Positions 45,230 through 58,809 are shown, counted from the first letter of the stretch. The stretch is DNA of 64,000 nt from Amoebidium appalachense (GCA_963693365.1 CAVNZM010000001.1:19600125-19664124); one strand, 5' to 3'. Numbers and translations are program-made. The notes: generated by a model not told the origin, from the sequence alone.

Positions 45230-45870
45230 GACTGCTATTTGTGCAGGCTTCCCGTCCACGTGCAAAAGGGACCCACACAGACCTGCAAAACACAACACTT
45301 ACTAATTCTGAACATTTGCAGGGCCTAAGTCCCCGTTGGTCTCAAAGCTGGCTACCACCACTCCACGGGCTCCTGCCTCTCCAGCTAAGCCCGGCATGAC
45401 CTTCAGGACTGACTACACTCGGGAGGAGCTCGAAGACATGATTGTGTCAGCAAGGGGGGAGCAACAAGTTGGCATTAACGACGTGCTAAGAAGTATAACC
45501 CCCCTCCCCCCCCCCTCCCCCCGCCCACACACACACACACACACCCGTCCTCCTTTGCTTCATACTTCGTGTTCATACTGCTTCTGTTGTAAGAAAGCAG
45601 CTACACGGTTCTTCTAAACAGCGCCCTCTGTATTTTCTTAAACGGCGTAAAGAAAGCTCTCTTTTTGTAGCGCAGTGTGGGTCTGACATAATCACATATC
45701 AGCTGTCTCGTGAATGTTCGAGTTGCAAGAGCACATAGTTGGAGTTGACCCCCTTGCATCCTTAACACTGTCTTCTCATTCCAGGCCTTGGGCTTCCCTT
45801 GGGAACCGACAAGAAGGCAGACAAAATTCAACGCATCCTCGACAGGCAGGCAGCTCTCCAGAACTCATGA
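44211..45870 (+). CDS. Hypothetical protein: N-terminal helix, probable TM, Ser/Pro/Arg-rich linker, C-terminal SAP/HeH-like motif
   Basis: Exons ~44211-44355/44367, 44584-44714, ~44874-45010, 45322-45492 and 45785-45870 (TGA). The likely frame of exon 2 is GVLVALGCTAVTLYWALFLM. The C-terminus is YTREELEDM...INDVLRSLGLPLGTDKKADKIQRILDRQ. The exon 1 to exon 2 phase is ambiguous. Confidence 0.65.
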
Positions 45871-46120
45871 AGGCCTGCGCCTGAGCTCATGCGCCAAGGC
45901 CTCCTAAATAGCACTACATGAAGGAGGCCTTGTCACGCGCCCTTTGTTGTTGGTTTTTTTTTACTTTTTACTGTAGCTTGTCGGTCTTTTTCAGGACCAC
46001 AATAAATGGTTTGCTGGCAGCCTGCACTGCTAAGCCAAACACGGTGGCTAACTCCTAACAAACATGTATGGTGTCTGGAAATGCCGCCTAGAAACGTTTA
46101 ACTGTGCCCAGTGACGTAGA

Positions 46121-46347
46121 GAGCAAGAGCCAGCCTGTTCTATATACTGTGTACAGCTGTGTGCACAACTATTGTTTGATCAATTGATCCCCCAAATGCC
46201 TACGCCTCGCACCTCGCCACCTCGTGTAGCATGGTGGGAGCAAGAGCCAGCCTGTTCTATATACTGTGGCTAGCTGTGTGCACAACTATTGTTTGATCAA
46301 TTGACCCCCCAAATGCCTACGCCTCGCACCTCGCCACCTCGTGTAGC
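46121..46347. repeat. Near-perfect 110-bp tandem duplication (period 117)
   Basis: 46121-46230 and 46238-46347 differ by only a few bases. Confidence 0.95.
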
Positions 46348-47654
46348 TGTTTGACAGCCTTAATGTTCTCGATTGGTCTTTCAATAATTGCTTTGGTGTC
46401 GTCACACCTCAAAGAAGCGTTGGTAGACCGTTTGAAAGGATTGTCGTGCTTCGAGCTCATGAGCTCGGTTCACGGCTTCTGAACACGGCCTGAACACACG
46501 GCCTTGGCGCTGGAGATTAGTGTAACGTCATCGATTTTAGATTCAACTGATCGATCCTGCAACATTCATACATATTCTATGGCATTTTCTACTAATGGCC
46601 GCTCACAGTGCTGTCACCTACTGAGGTGACTCGTATTTTTCCTTACACATACAGCGAACGGGACCGTAGAGCCGCCGCGAGAGAAAGCATGCACGCGGTC
46701 GCGAGTGGGTTTGAGGCGAACGTGAAGTTCAAAGCAGCCCAGGCACCGTCAGTACGTGCCAGCTCACAGTGCCAGCTCTAAAAACTCCTCATCTACCTCA
46801 TGATCACATGTAGCCTTATGAGATCTGCGTCTATATATAGTAGCTAGCCAGGCCGAGCATCCTGAGTCGCTGCACTATATATACCAGCGAGAAATGAGAG
46901 TGCACGGGTCAAAGACAATTGTGTTTGTTGGTGAGGTTTGAGTACTACTGCTTGTGTCGTTAATGCCAGCCTTTTCCTTCTCTTCCCTCTCATGAGCGCA
47001 CGTTGTTTGGTTTTTTCTCGCGCTAGCTAGCGTGTATGCTACCACACCGTGGTTTCTCGATTTTCGCAGTGCCCATATGCAGGCTGCAATCTCGCTCAGC
47101 ATTTGCTGCATTAGATGTCAAAGTCGTGCTAGGCTTCTTCAAATTCTGAGAGGCAACCCGCCTCCCCCCCCCTCCCCCTCCTCCCCCCACTGTATCTCTC
47201 TTTCCTCTCTTGCCCCCACACTTATTCTCCTTTTCTAATTCACTGCTCTCGTCCCGTGTCACACTCACACATACCGTACAACTCTCACGCCGTCCCCTGC
47301 TCCCTCCCTCCCACTCCCCTCTTTTCTCCGCCCGTCCCGGCCTCTCTCGCTTCCCCTCCCCCCACCCCCCTACCCCCCCACCCCCCCACCCCCCCCGTCC
47401 CCCGCCCCTCAATATATACTATCATGATGGCCTATCATGGAATATATACCTCCCTCCTGTTCCCCTGTTCTTTCTTTCTTCCTCCAGGCTCTGAGTCTGT
47501 CAATGCAGAAACCCTCCTGCAAAGAAATTCGTATACTAGTATTCAAACCCCCCTCCCCCCCCCCGCCTTGCCCTCCCTCCTCTAAAGCTTCCCTTGCCTC
47601 CCTCCCTCGGCCTATACTCTCGATCGACATCTGTCCCCTCATTCCTCAGCCGGA

Positions 47655-47757
<103 letters not shown>

Positions 47758-48109
47758 CCCCCCCCCACACACACACTCTCCCTCCCTCTTCCGTCTCTCT
47801 CGCCACCCCTCCCTCCCAAACCTTTGTGCCCTTCTCTCTCCTCTCTCCTCCGCTTTCTGTCTCTCTATCTCCCTCCTCCTATGCCTCTTCGGGGGCCCCC
47901 CAGGTCCTGTGTCTGTTGACGCAAGCAACCCCGCAAAAAAGCTCAACTCGAAGTTCCCTCCCCTCCCCCCCCCCCCCCCCCCCCCCCCTCCCTCCTCCTC
48001 CTCCCCTCTCCCCTGCCTCCCACCCTCCCTCAGCCTTCCTCACTCTCTCCCTCCCTCGGCCTTCATCCCTCCTTCCTTTTTCCTCACACATCCGCACTCT
48101 CGCCAACGG

Positions 48110-48190
<81 letters not shown>

Positions 48191-49122
48191 CCCCCCCCCC
48201 CCCCTCTCCATCTCTTGCTCTTGCCCTCGCTCCCCTCCCTCCGCGTCACCGCTCTCTCGTGCGCCCCCCCCCCCCCCCCCCCCTCCCCCCCTCCCTCCCC
48301 CTCCCCTCCTCCGCTATGGTTGGCACAGACGGCCCAGTGTATACACTTCTGTGCTTTAGTGCTGCTGTTGTTTTGGACTGGCGCACTAAGTCATCAGCCG
48401 GACCACATGAAGGATGCATAGGTTCGAATTCCGCCCTGAAGTTTCGTTAAACAACTTTGATACATTAAGGTAACTTACGCTCACATTGTTTGGCACAATA
48501 TTTTCAAAGGCCGCTATAGAAGCGTGTTTGCCTTCGTGACAGCATAGTAAGTTGTGCTTCACACAGCCACGGGTCCAACTAAAATTGAGAATTCGAAGCT
48601 CGCAAGCACGTTCAGAATCAAGCTGGCTGTCTTTCCTTTCAGCGTTTCTCAACTGCAATTCTACATTATTATTGTGTCTTTTTTTTATTTACGGTCTTTA
48701 AAAACAAGCATGCGTCACGGGTGAGTACTACGTAGTAAAGTAAAAGCTTTCAAGTGGGTGACCCGTTTATCATATGACAGTCTTCGCCCACGCCCTCAAG
48801 ATCCACGACACAGCATCTACAATAGGTACAGTTGAATCTTGAAAGTGGCTCACGAATTGACGTTCAGGACCAAGGCCGTGTGTTCAGAGGGCCGTGGCTC
48901 GGTTGCGTAACACCAGAATCTTGCACCCAGCCAAAAGATGATGTAATCACAGCGCATCGCACAGACCTCGCCTCTCAGTCAGTGTTTAGGTGGCCTTGTG
49001 TGTTAGTCTTCACATTGGTTTGTTTATTGTGAGAGTGAGAAAGACACGACCCTGTAGCGTGTATAAGGTTGACGGAAACTAGGCATAGCCACAGACTGCA
49101 GGCAGCTATAACGGCACGAAAC

Positions 49123-49728
49123 ATGGCCAAACCAGATGAGCAACCCACCAGCGAGGCAGCTGGCATCGAGGTTGAGGTTACAGGCAACACCTTTGAGAAT
49201 TTCCGCCCCAAGTATGTGGGCCAGTTCGCAGAGCCTAACAAGGGTGGGTCACTCGAGCATTTGCTTTTTGTGCTTCCGTGTGTGTGTTTGCGGGCGTATG
49301 TGTGAAAAGGAGAGGAGAGGGGGGGGGCATGCAAACGCCAGGGGGAACATGTTGAAGGCCAAAGGGAGTGATGCAGCGTAAGAGGGGTTGGGTAGGTGGG
49401 GGGGGAGGGGCTGTGGGGGGGGGGCTGCCTGTGGTGTGTTATCGTTCTCTGCCCGTCCGTGCCTGTGAGGTGTATGGTTGTATACTTGTTTTGCTTGTGT
49501 CTGGACCCCTCGACTATTCGCCTATGTGGTAGTGTTCAAGTAGGTGCTTGTACATCGTGTCGGTACACTTTCTCGTAGGCTGGAAAGTAAGTAGCCACTT
49601 CAATGTGCCGGCAGCGCAAGCTAGATCTAACGGCGTGTGTTCTCCTGTGCTTGCATGTGGCCCTAACTCTGCATGCGCCCGGCTGTTTCTCTGCGTGTGT
49701 ATATGGTGTGCTTTTATGGGTATGTGTG

Positions 49729-49824
<96 letters not shown>

Positions 49825-50727
49825 TGGGTATGTGTGTACGTGGGTATGTGTGTGTGCGTACGTTCATGTGGTTGGATATTAGGTGACTGTGTCCACGTAT
49901 TGTTTGGTTCTGTAATTGCACTTGACTGCCTGCTTGTTGGGTCCTGAATAACACCCACGTTAGGCACAAGGGCTTTCGCAATCTAACTCACTTTGCAGCT
50001 TGCATACTGCATGTTGCCCTGGCAGTGCGTAGTGACAGAGAGAAAAGTCTGAAGCTCGCTGTTGTTTCTTGCAGGAGACAAGGCCCAACCACTGTTCAAG
50101 CGGCCAAAGGACCTGGAGGTGAGTGCTTGGGCAGCACATGGTATCGGGTTACAATACGGTATCGGGTTACAATACGTGCACCTTCCTTTGAGCTTGTATG
50201 TTTACAAGAGATACCATGTTTTCCGCTAGTTAACACATTATTGACAAAAGACTCAAGACTGGCCTCAGAAGGTGTTTGTGCGGAAGTTTGAGTGATGGGG
50301 CAAACAGTCAATCGAGGCTGGTACACATGTCACCAGCTTTGATAGGCGAGCTGCTTTATTTGGCTTGCATTAAGTGAGCAGAGAGAAAGAACAGCTGCTG
50401 GGTTTTGGGCTCAGAGCCGTGTATATTTCGCCTTTCATTTGGTGTTTGTGTGTGTGTGTGTGGTGGTGGTGGTGGTGGGTGTGGGTAGGCGGGAAGGAGG
50501 GAGGGGACGGGGGGAGCCGGGGGGGGGGGGGGAGGGGGGGGGGAAGGAGCTGGGGGGAGGAAGATCTGGGGTGTTAAGGCGCGGGAGAAGGGGGGGGGGG
50601 GGGGGGGGAGGGGGGGAGGAAGGGAGGGAGGGGCTGTGGGGAGAAAGATCTGGGGGGTTTAGGCCGGGGGGGGGGAGGGAGGAAGCAGCTGGAGGGGAGG
50701 AAGATCTGGGGAGTTTTAGCAGGGGGA

Positions 50728-50769
<42 letters not shown>

Positions 50770-51535
50770 GGTGCAGAGCTGACACTCCCCTAAGGGCAGG
50801 GGGAAGGATGGAGCGGGAGAGGTATAACCATAGGCTCTGGTGGGCAAATTCTTTAATTTCCGTAAACCAAGCAAGGGTGGCGGGGTGCAGGAGCTTGCAC
50901 AGATTAAGAAGATGACCACGGCCCAGCTGGAGGAGCACCTGGCTAGGAACGACAAACTGCTGGCTGACAGGTGGGTGTATATGTTGGCCGGGTGGGTAGG
51001 TGGGTCTAGGGGAGGTGTTTTGAAATGGGGATGTGGACTTGGATAAGTCACATGTTTTGTGCTGAGTCGAGGATGTTTGGGACGAATGTGGTAGTGGTTG
51101 AGGAGAGAGTAGTGAGGTAGGGATTGGGATTTTCGCGGCAGCGGCAGGGGAATTTGGGGGGGGAGGGGGGAGGGGGGGGGGAGAATGGGGGAACATAGAC
51201 AGTGAGTGCATGTCTGACATGTTGTGGGGTGGGTGTGCAGCAAGTTCCTGTCCAGGCTTCCGGACAAGGGGGAGAAGGTGAGGGCCAAGCGGCAGCAGAT
51301 GCTGGACGAGCTGCAGCGCAGACAGCAGGCTGATGAGGCGGCAGACATGCTGGCGGCACTGTCCATCAACGACACGTACGTGCATATGGGGGGGGGAGGA
51401 TGGGGGAGGATGGAGAAGGGGGGACGGGGAAGGGATGGGGCAGGAAAGGAGGGGGATATGTGTGTGTGGGGAGAGGGGGGGGGGGAGGGGGGTAAGACGG
51501 AGATGTGTGTGTGGTTGGGTTTAGTATGTGTGTGT

Positions 51536-51569
<34 letters not shown>

Positions 51570-51829
51570 ATTTTTGGGATGCTACGTCTTTGTTTTTTGG
51601 CACTGGTGTTATTAGGTGTGGTGGTGCACATGGCAGCCAGAAGTAGTGCATGGCCTAGGCCAGGGCTCACACTGTTGTGCAGTGACGGGGCCATGCCCAG
51701 GTATGTGCAGGCGGCTGTGGCCAAGGATGAGGCCCTCAGGGCCAGGCATGCCGCTGCACCCCATATCCCCGCAAAGGTACCTGCCCCTGTTGGTCTATTC
51801 TTTTGCCTATCTCCTTCTTTCTCCCTTCC

Positions 51830-51862
<33 letters not shown>

Positions 51863-53077
51863 TTCCCCCTTTCTTTCTCCTTCCCGGGGCCCTCACCCTC
51901 TTTTTCTCCGGTTATCAATTTATACCAACCTCCGTATCTACTATTTTAGACAAAATCGAGGATGATCCGATCGAGGATTTCGGATGGCCCCGTCGCGGCT
52001 CTTGAAATTCTCGAATCAATCAAGCGATCGAGGGCATGACGTCAATCTGACGGTTTTGTTTACAAATGACGTCACATCCTCAATCGCTTGATATGTTCGA
52101 GAAATTCAATAGCCGCGTCAGGGCCAAACGAAATCCTCTATCGGATCATCCTCGGTCGGGGCTGAAAATGGTAGATACGGAGGTTGGTTTAATTGGTGTG
52201 AAGTGGGGAGGTGTGCCCCGGGTGTGTGTGTGTGAGGGGGGGGGGGGCTGTACAAGCGCGCATGTGTGTGCGCGCGTGTGTGTGGCTTTGTGATGAATCA
52301 GTGCTCCTGGGCACTGATTGTCATGGTGCAGCCAGCCGGCCTGGTGCGTCCAGAGAAGGTGCAGGTTCTCTCCCTGGCAGAGTCTCTGAAGCTGGCCGAG
52401 GCCCAGGCTGCAGAGGCAAAGGTGTGTGCTGGGGGTAGACCCTGTTGTATATAATTGGGGGATGCCCTGGGGTGAAAGGAGGGAGGGTGTGTGTGTGGGG
52501 GGGGGGGGGGGGGGAAAGGGGGGAGGGGGGGGAGGGGGGGGGGGGGGGGGGGGGAGCATAATGGTTTTTGGGACTGGCTGAGTTTGTAGCAATGTTATTA
52601 CCCCTCAAGAGTGCTTTCTTTGGCTGTTACAATATCTATATATTTCCTGAAAGCTTAAAATCTTTGCTATATTGTTTTGTAGAAATAATGGTCGTGCAGG
52701 CAGTGCTGCAGCTAAAAAAGTTAAATCAGCAAGGGGACAAAACTAACCTTCTATGGTTAGCCACCTGCCAAAAATGGCGTGTCAATAATTGACTAATTTT
52801 GATTGGGGAACACCTGCCATCATGCTGGGGAGGGGGGAGTGGGGGCGAATATATATATATATATATACATTTCGATGTCGATGCACGCTCGATGTTTGAG
52901 TGCTACTGTGTAGGCGGCATGATAGAGACTTACTCTGGGGCAGGCACGGGCGCAAGAGGCTGCCCGGCGGCAGCTGGAGAAGGAGATGGCCAAGGCGGCA
53001 GCAGACCCTCAGGCCACCGTATACACCCTACCGGGCAGAGGGTATGTGCACGTTCATGTTTTTTTTTTTTTTTTTTT

Positions 53078-53121
<44 letters not shown>

Positions 53122-53235
53122 ATGATATGTACTGACGGGCGATTTTGCAGGGCTTATCGGGACCAAGCCGAGGGAGAGGAGGAGGAGGAAGAAGATGATG
53201 AAGAGGAGGAGTATGGCTCAGACACGGATGACTAG
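49123..53235 (+). CDS. POLR2M: Gdown1 / GRINL1A (RNA polymerase II subunit M)-like protein
   Basis: Phase-consistent exons 49123-49243, 50075-50118, 50891-50970, 51241-51375, 51683-51776, 52332-52421, 52944-53041 and 53151-53235 (TAG). They encode QLEEHLARNDKLLADSKFLSRLPDKGEKV (Gdown1 LPDKG motif), VQVLSLAESLKLAEAQ...AARRQL, and AYRD followed by an acidic tail. Confidence 0.8.
51924..52188. mobile_element. Fold-back / MITE-like element in an intron of the POLR2M-like gene
   Basis: Imperfect inverted arms of ~120 bp: accaacctccgtatctac / gtagatacggaggttggt; cgaggatgatccgat / atcggatcatcctcg; tcaagcgat / atcgcttga; tgacgtca on both arms. Non-coding, and CpG-rich relative to the flanks. Confidence 0.85.
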
Positions 53236-54706
53236 TTGTATGGCCATGCATGTATGAACGAACAGCAAAGACAGATACCTACACTCACGAATGGTTGCAC
53301 AGAATCGCAATGAATGGTTATTGTAAATATGTTAAGTGAATATTTGGCGGGCTAACAGAGGCTCAGACGTTTTGAATGCATACTTGACTTTTTGACTGTT
53401 CCAGCACTCGAAAATATGAAAGGCCCAATAAAGTTCTGACTGCACAAACCGGCCATCGTGATTTCCACTCATGATGCATCATGACCCCCCCCCCCCCCCC
53501 CCCCGGGGGGGGGGGGGGATTGCATCGATCAGATTCTGTCAGTGGAGGAGAGAGAATTTAAGGCCGGAAGTAGCGGAAAGTAGTGGCGGGTTGAGTGTAT
53601 GTGTGTGTGTGCGCGCGCACGCGTACATGTGCATGTGTGTGCTGTATGTGTCTAATTTTTTTTAGTGTGTGTCCGTTTGTCAATGGTATGGGGGGGAGCC
53701 AGCATAATCATGTGGACAGGACACCGTGTGCACATGTCACGGTGCAAGCACTGCATTGGCCATGCATTGGTCACGTGCATGAACTACAGTAACTAATGAT
53801 TAATGCTGCCGGGAGTCATGGGTTTGCGTTCTGCCAAAGTGTTGCCCACACAGAGGGACCACACATGTACACAGGCAAGCTGCCTGTATAATTTACATAG
53901 TCCATATCCGATAGCTGGAAGTCGGATTCTTGCACTTGCGTTTTATCATCAGTACCGTTTGAGGCTGTAGATATATACCACGGATTCCTGGATGCGCTAA
54001 GAATTCCATGTACTTCGTAGAATATTTCACATGATTATGCCTGTGACCATCATATTCATATTTGCATGATTTTGCAGTCCGACACGTATATTATTGCCAG
54101 TCGATATTGATTTAAGCCCACCCTGCTACCATGCAACAAGAGGAAAGCTTTAAAGAGTCTTCAAATACATGATGCATATGGCATATTCTGCGCAGGCAAT
54201 GATTTTCGGCAGTTTGGTTGATTCAACAAATACCGACCGCGACGCAATCTGCTATGTATCACACATTGCACTGACTCGATAACAGTTACTATATATGTGC
54301 ATTCCCACCAGCAAAAATTAGTATCTGTGACCTTGTATGCATGCAACACAACGGTAAAATGCATGCGTGTGATGCATCCTTGCCACCCATGTATCAACTC
54401 ACAGACCCTCTTCACAGATTTCTCATCACTACAAAAATGCCGCCACAACCAGTAAATAGGGAGAACATACAAAAGCACTTGCACACAGCAATCATACCAT
54501 CATTCTAACGACCGGTCCCACACTACCACCATCCACCAGCCTTTAGCCTCACCTAATTCATTATAGTCCCCCTCCCCCCTCCCCGTCCCCCCCCCCCCCC
54601 CCCCCCCCTCTTCCCCCCCCCCCCCCAAAAAAACTCCCCACCCACCACTGACCATTCCCCTGTGTAAACTAATACCCCTCGCATTCCAACATACGCACAT
54701 TCAACC

Positions 54707-56046
54707 TCACGGGGTCAGAGGACCAATATCGATTGCAATCTGGTGCCTGTCTGGGCCGTACGTGTAAGCCAGCACCCCCACCTCACAGTCCCCACCCTGG
54801 CCCAGGTTGTTGCGCAGGTGTTCGTTGTATGCCTGGGCCCGCAAGTCATCCAGCATCGGGCCGGGCTGCAGTGGCTCGGCCCGAACCACCAACCCGGACA
54901 CGGTGCGGTAGAAGTGCCGCATATCCGGCAGGGCTGTCCCCAGGCCGAAAATCTCATCCGACACAGGCAGGTCTGCGGGGGTGTCGACGACCTGGGGCAG
55001 GGCAAAGCCGCAGTAGAAATGGCGCAGGCGGGGGCATGCCGTGCGCACATAGTGCTCCACCAGCAGGTAGCAGCCCCCAAGGTCCAGAAGGTTGAGCTCG
55101 GTGATGCGGCCCGGCTGGGGGGCCCAGCCCCTCTCTGTGGCCACCTTGCGAGTGTTGGCTAGGGCCCTGGTGTCGGCCTTGAGCGTCAGACTCTCCAGTT
55201 TGGTCAGGTGGTCCACAACAATGGGGAACACAGCCCCAAAGCTGCAAGGGGGGAAGCAAGGGGGGGGAGGGGAGGAGTTAGTGTGTGGACGCTTGGGCCG
55301 GGGGAGGGGGGGGGGGGGGGGGGGGGGGGGGCTCCGAAGATTGGCAACCGCCAGACACGATCACGCTGGTGTTAAACCATGCCTGAGTGCAATGCCATGC
55401 AGGCACAAGTACTTCAAGAGCAGAAAACTCACGGCCATGAAAAGGGTTTCTTTAGAGAACTAGGAGGGAGGAGGAGGAGGGGGGGGGGGGGGGGGGGGGG
55501 GGGTCATACTTCTGAATAGGGCCCAGGGTGAGTGTCCTCAGATTTGCCAGGCAGATGGCCAGCATGGTAGCCAGGGGCCCATCTATGCCCCGATATGGCA
55601 GGTCTCCGTTCTCCAGCAGCCACAGGCCCCTTGCACCCCCCAGGGCCTGCTGCAAGCCCTTGCGATCACACGCCCCACTGCGCCCAGGTGGGTGGGGGTC
55701 AGCGTGGCAGGCACAGTATGTCTGTCCGGGGTAGCGCAGCGTGTCAGGGGTGAAGCACACCACCCCACCCCATGCCCCGTGTTTGGCCCGGGAGGGTGCG
55801 CCGGACGGTGGGGGGAGGCCAGGGGTGCACGCCAACGGGGAAGCCACAGCAGACGGGCATCAACATGCTGCAGGTCGGGCACCTGCACGGGGGGGGGCAG
55901 GGGGTCGGGCAGGTCCAACTGGCTGGCCAATGGGTTGTACATGAACGTCACCAGGCTGCTGCCCTGCTGCAGGATCTGGTGCAGGCTGGGGGGATCATGA
56001 AATAATGGGTTAGGTGATTGGGAGGGAAGGGCAGGGGACGGAGGCG

Positions 56047-56080
<34 letters not shown>

Positions 56081-56584
56081 GTGTAGGGGGAGAGGAGTGA
56101 GCGGACGGAGTGAGAGAAAGGCAGGCAAAGAAAAAGGAGTGAGTGAGAAGAAGAGCGACGGAAGGGAGCAGGGAGAGAGCGGGGGTGGGGGTGGAGAAAG
56201 GGTGGGTAGAAGTAGTACATAGCAAGCAAGATATATGGAGGACACCAAACCGACAATATCCAGGCCTGCTCAGAAGACTGGAAACACGGAGACAATCTCT
56301 AGCTCTTGCCCTCCACCCCCCCCCCCCCCCCCCCCCCCTCCCCCGCCCCTGCCCCCGCCCCCCTTCCTGCCCCTCGGTCGCTCTTTCCCGCCTTTCCTCA
56401 CTGGTGGACACCCGCTCCAAGAGGATGGGCATGTACACCCAAAGCCAGACGTGAGGGCACACACTAACTTCATCACGCTAATTAGCCGAAACCTATTTCT
56501 CACCAACCATAAAGCATATCCCTGTTCCTGTGCCCCCACCCCTCACCACCACCACCACCACCATCCCTTTCCCTGAAGCCCCCC

Positions 56585-56615
<31 letters not shown>

Positions 56616-57645
56616 ACCAGCAATCCCCTCTCTCTGCCCCCCTCCCCCTTTTCCCCCTCGTGCAGGGCCCTTCCCCCAGGGCATCTCTCTCTGTGCTCCT
56701 TTCCTCCAACCCCCCATTTCCCCCATGCCTTTCCATGTTTGCCAAACCCCCCCCCCCTCCCCCTCTCCGTCCGACAACTCTCTCCCTGTGCTCCCCCCTT
56801 CTCCTCCCCTCCTGCCCCCTCGGCACATCCCTTTCCCTGCCCCCCCCCCCCTCCCCCCCCCCTTTTTCCTCTCCCATCCCTTTTCCCATGCCCAGCCCCC
56901 TGTATCTCTTACAGTGCCCCCCCCCCCCCCCCCCCCCCCTCCCCCCCTCCCCCGGTAGCTCTCCCTGTGCTCCCCCCCCCCTCCCCTCCGGGCGTCTCTC
57001 TCACTGTGCCCAACACCCCTCCCCCCAAAGGCCATTCCTTTCCCTAAGTCCCCCTGCCCCCCCTGCCCCTTGCCCCCCTCCCCCCCCCCCCCTCCCCCCC
57101 CCCCCCAGGCGGAAAAGCCCAAAATCAAAAATCAAAAATAAACCCAAACGACACACACTCTCTCTGTGCTAGTGCTACATGTACACACACCCACACCCAC
57201 AAACACCATGCCATAAACACACACCCATCTGCTCACTGAATCCCCACCCGCCACCTATGCCTCCCCCCTCCCCCCGCCCCCCTCCTCCTCCTCCCCTCCC
57301 CCCCCCCCCCCCCAAAATCCCCATCCCCTAAAAACACACACACACTGTGTTTACCCAAAGCACGGGTGGACCACATACCTGCGCCTGCTGATCTGTGTGA
57401 CGTTCATCTTGCAGTGCACCAGCAGCTGGGGCCACGCCACGACCACGTCACTGAACTCGGTGAACGACAGGTCCAGATCACTCACAGGTGACTCGATCTC
57501 AAGCGCCCCCAGATCGGACCCCACATAGAACCGGTCCACCTCAACTATCCGCAGCCTGGTGTGGTGTAATTTTATTTTTATTTTATTTTTTTTTTTGGGG
57601 GGGGGGGGGGGGGAGCAGAAGAAGGCAAAATGGATCAGGCTGATG

Positions 57646-57731
<86 letters not shown>

Positions 57732-57905
57732 CTTTTTTTTTTTTTTTTTTTTTTGCGGGGGGGAGGGGGGGGGGGGGGGGGGGGGACAGCAGTGAGAATA
57801 AATAGAAAAAACCAACAAAGATAATAATATAAAATATTAAATAATTCATTTTTAGATGATGTGGTGCACCCTCTAGCATGATATCCAAAACCTCCACAGA
57901 ACAGA

Positions 57906-57965
<60 letters not shown>

Positions 57966-58809
57966 TGCTGTTTCGGGGGGGGGGGCTTTCGATGAATGAG
58001 CATGTCGAAGCCAACCCAGATGTTCAGTTAAGCAGCGCAAGGAAAAAGATGGATCAGAACATTGGGCCCCGTCCCCTTTAGGTCCCGGGGAGGGGGGGGA
58101 AGGGGGAGGGTGGATGTAAGTCGGGATACAGCTCCCGTCATACGTAGGGATTCCTTAGGCAGTCACGTGGGCCATAGGGCCACCAAAAAGCGAAAGGCAA
58201 TGGAAGAAAGGAGGGTATGGTACGGGCTAGGTGAACAGGCAACCGAGGAGCAAGGGGCTGGCAGGTGCAGCGAGAGGGGAAATTGAGGGGACTGCCACCA
58301 CAGCACTGGAGATGGAGGGATGCGGTGGCAGGGGGGAGGGGGGGGGGGAGGGGGGGGGGGACGTACGTGCGCAGATTTGGCAGGGCCAGGCGCATGCCCT
58401 TTGGGGAGGCAGGCCAAACAAAGCTGACGGCCAGAGAGGTCAGGGCTGCAAAGGCGCCGGGGGGCAGGGCCGGGCTGGCACACAGGGGCAGGATGTAGCT
58501 GGGGGCACAGGCACGGGGGGCTGGCTCCTCGGGGCAGTGGCCGCACTCACAGTCCACATCCTCCCCCTCAACAACAAGGGACTGCACGTGGTTGGGTGTG
58601 CGGGACTGCATACCTGCAGGGAGGGAAAATGGGGGGGGGGGGGGGGGGGAGGGGGAGGGGGTGGATGAGAAGGTTACACAATTGGGGGGGGGGGGGGGGG
58701 GGGGGGGGAGGACCTATCACAGCTCACGAGACAATCACACTCAGACGTGTGGATCGACAAAAGGGAGGTGTCGCCCTCCCCCGGAGGGCTTGCTTAAGTG
58801 AGAGAGGGA

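Noticed and set aside
53850-54490. AT-richer complex sequence that looked like decayed coding DNA (similar stretches at 8950-9300, 11950-12540, 61000-61620 and 63100-63700)
   Set aside because: Stops are frequent and no motif was recognisable; these cannot be called without a translated search.
55800-55900. Apparent frameshifts suggesting a pseudogene or programmed shift in the F-box gene
   Set aside because: Both fall in G/C homopolymers, so sequencing or assembly error is the simplest explanation.
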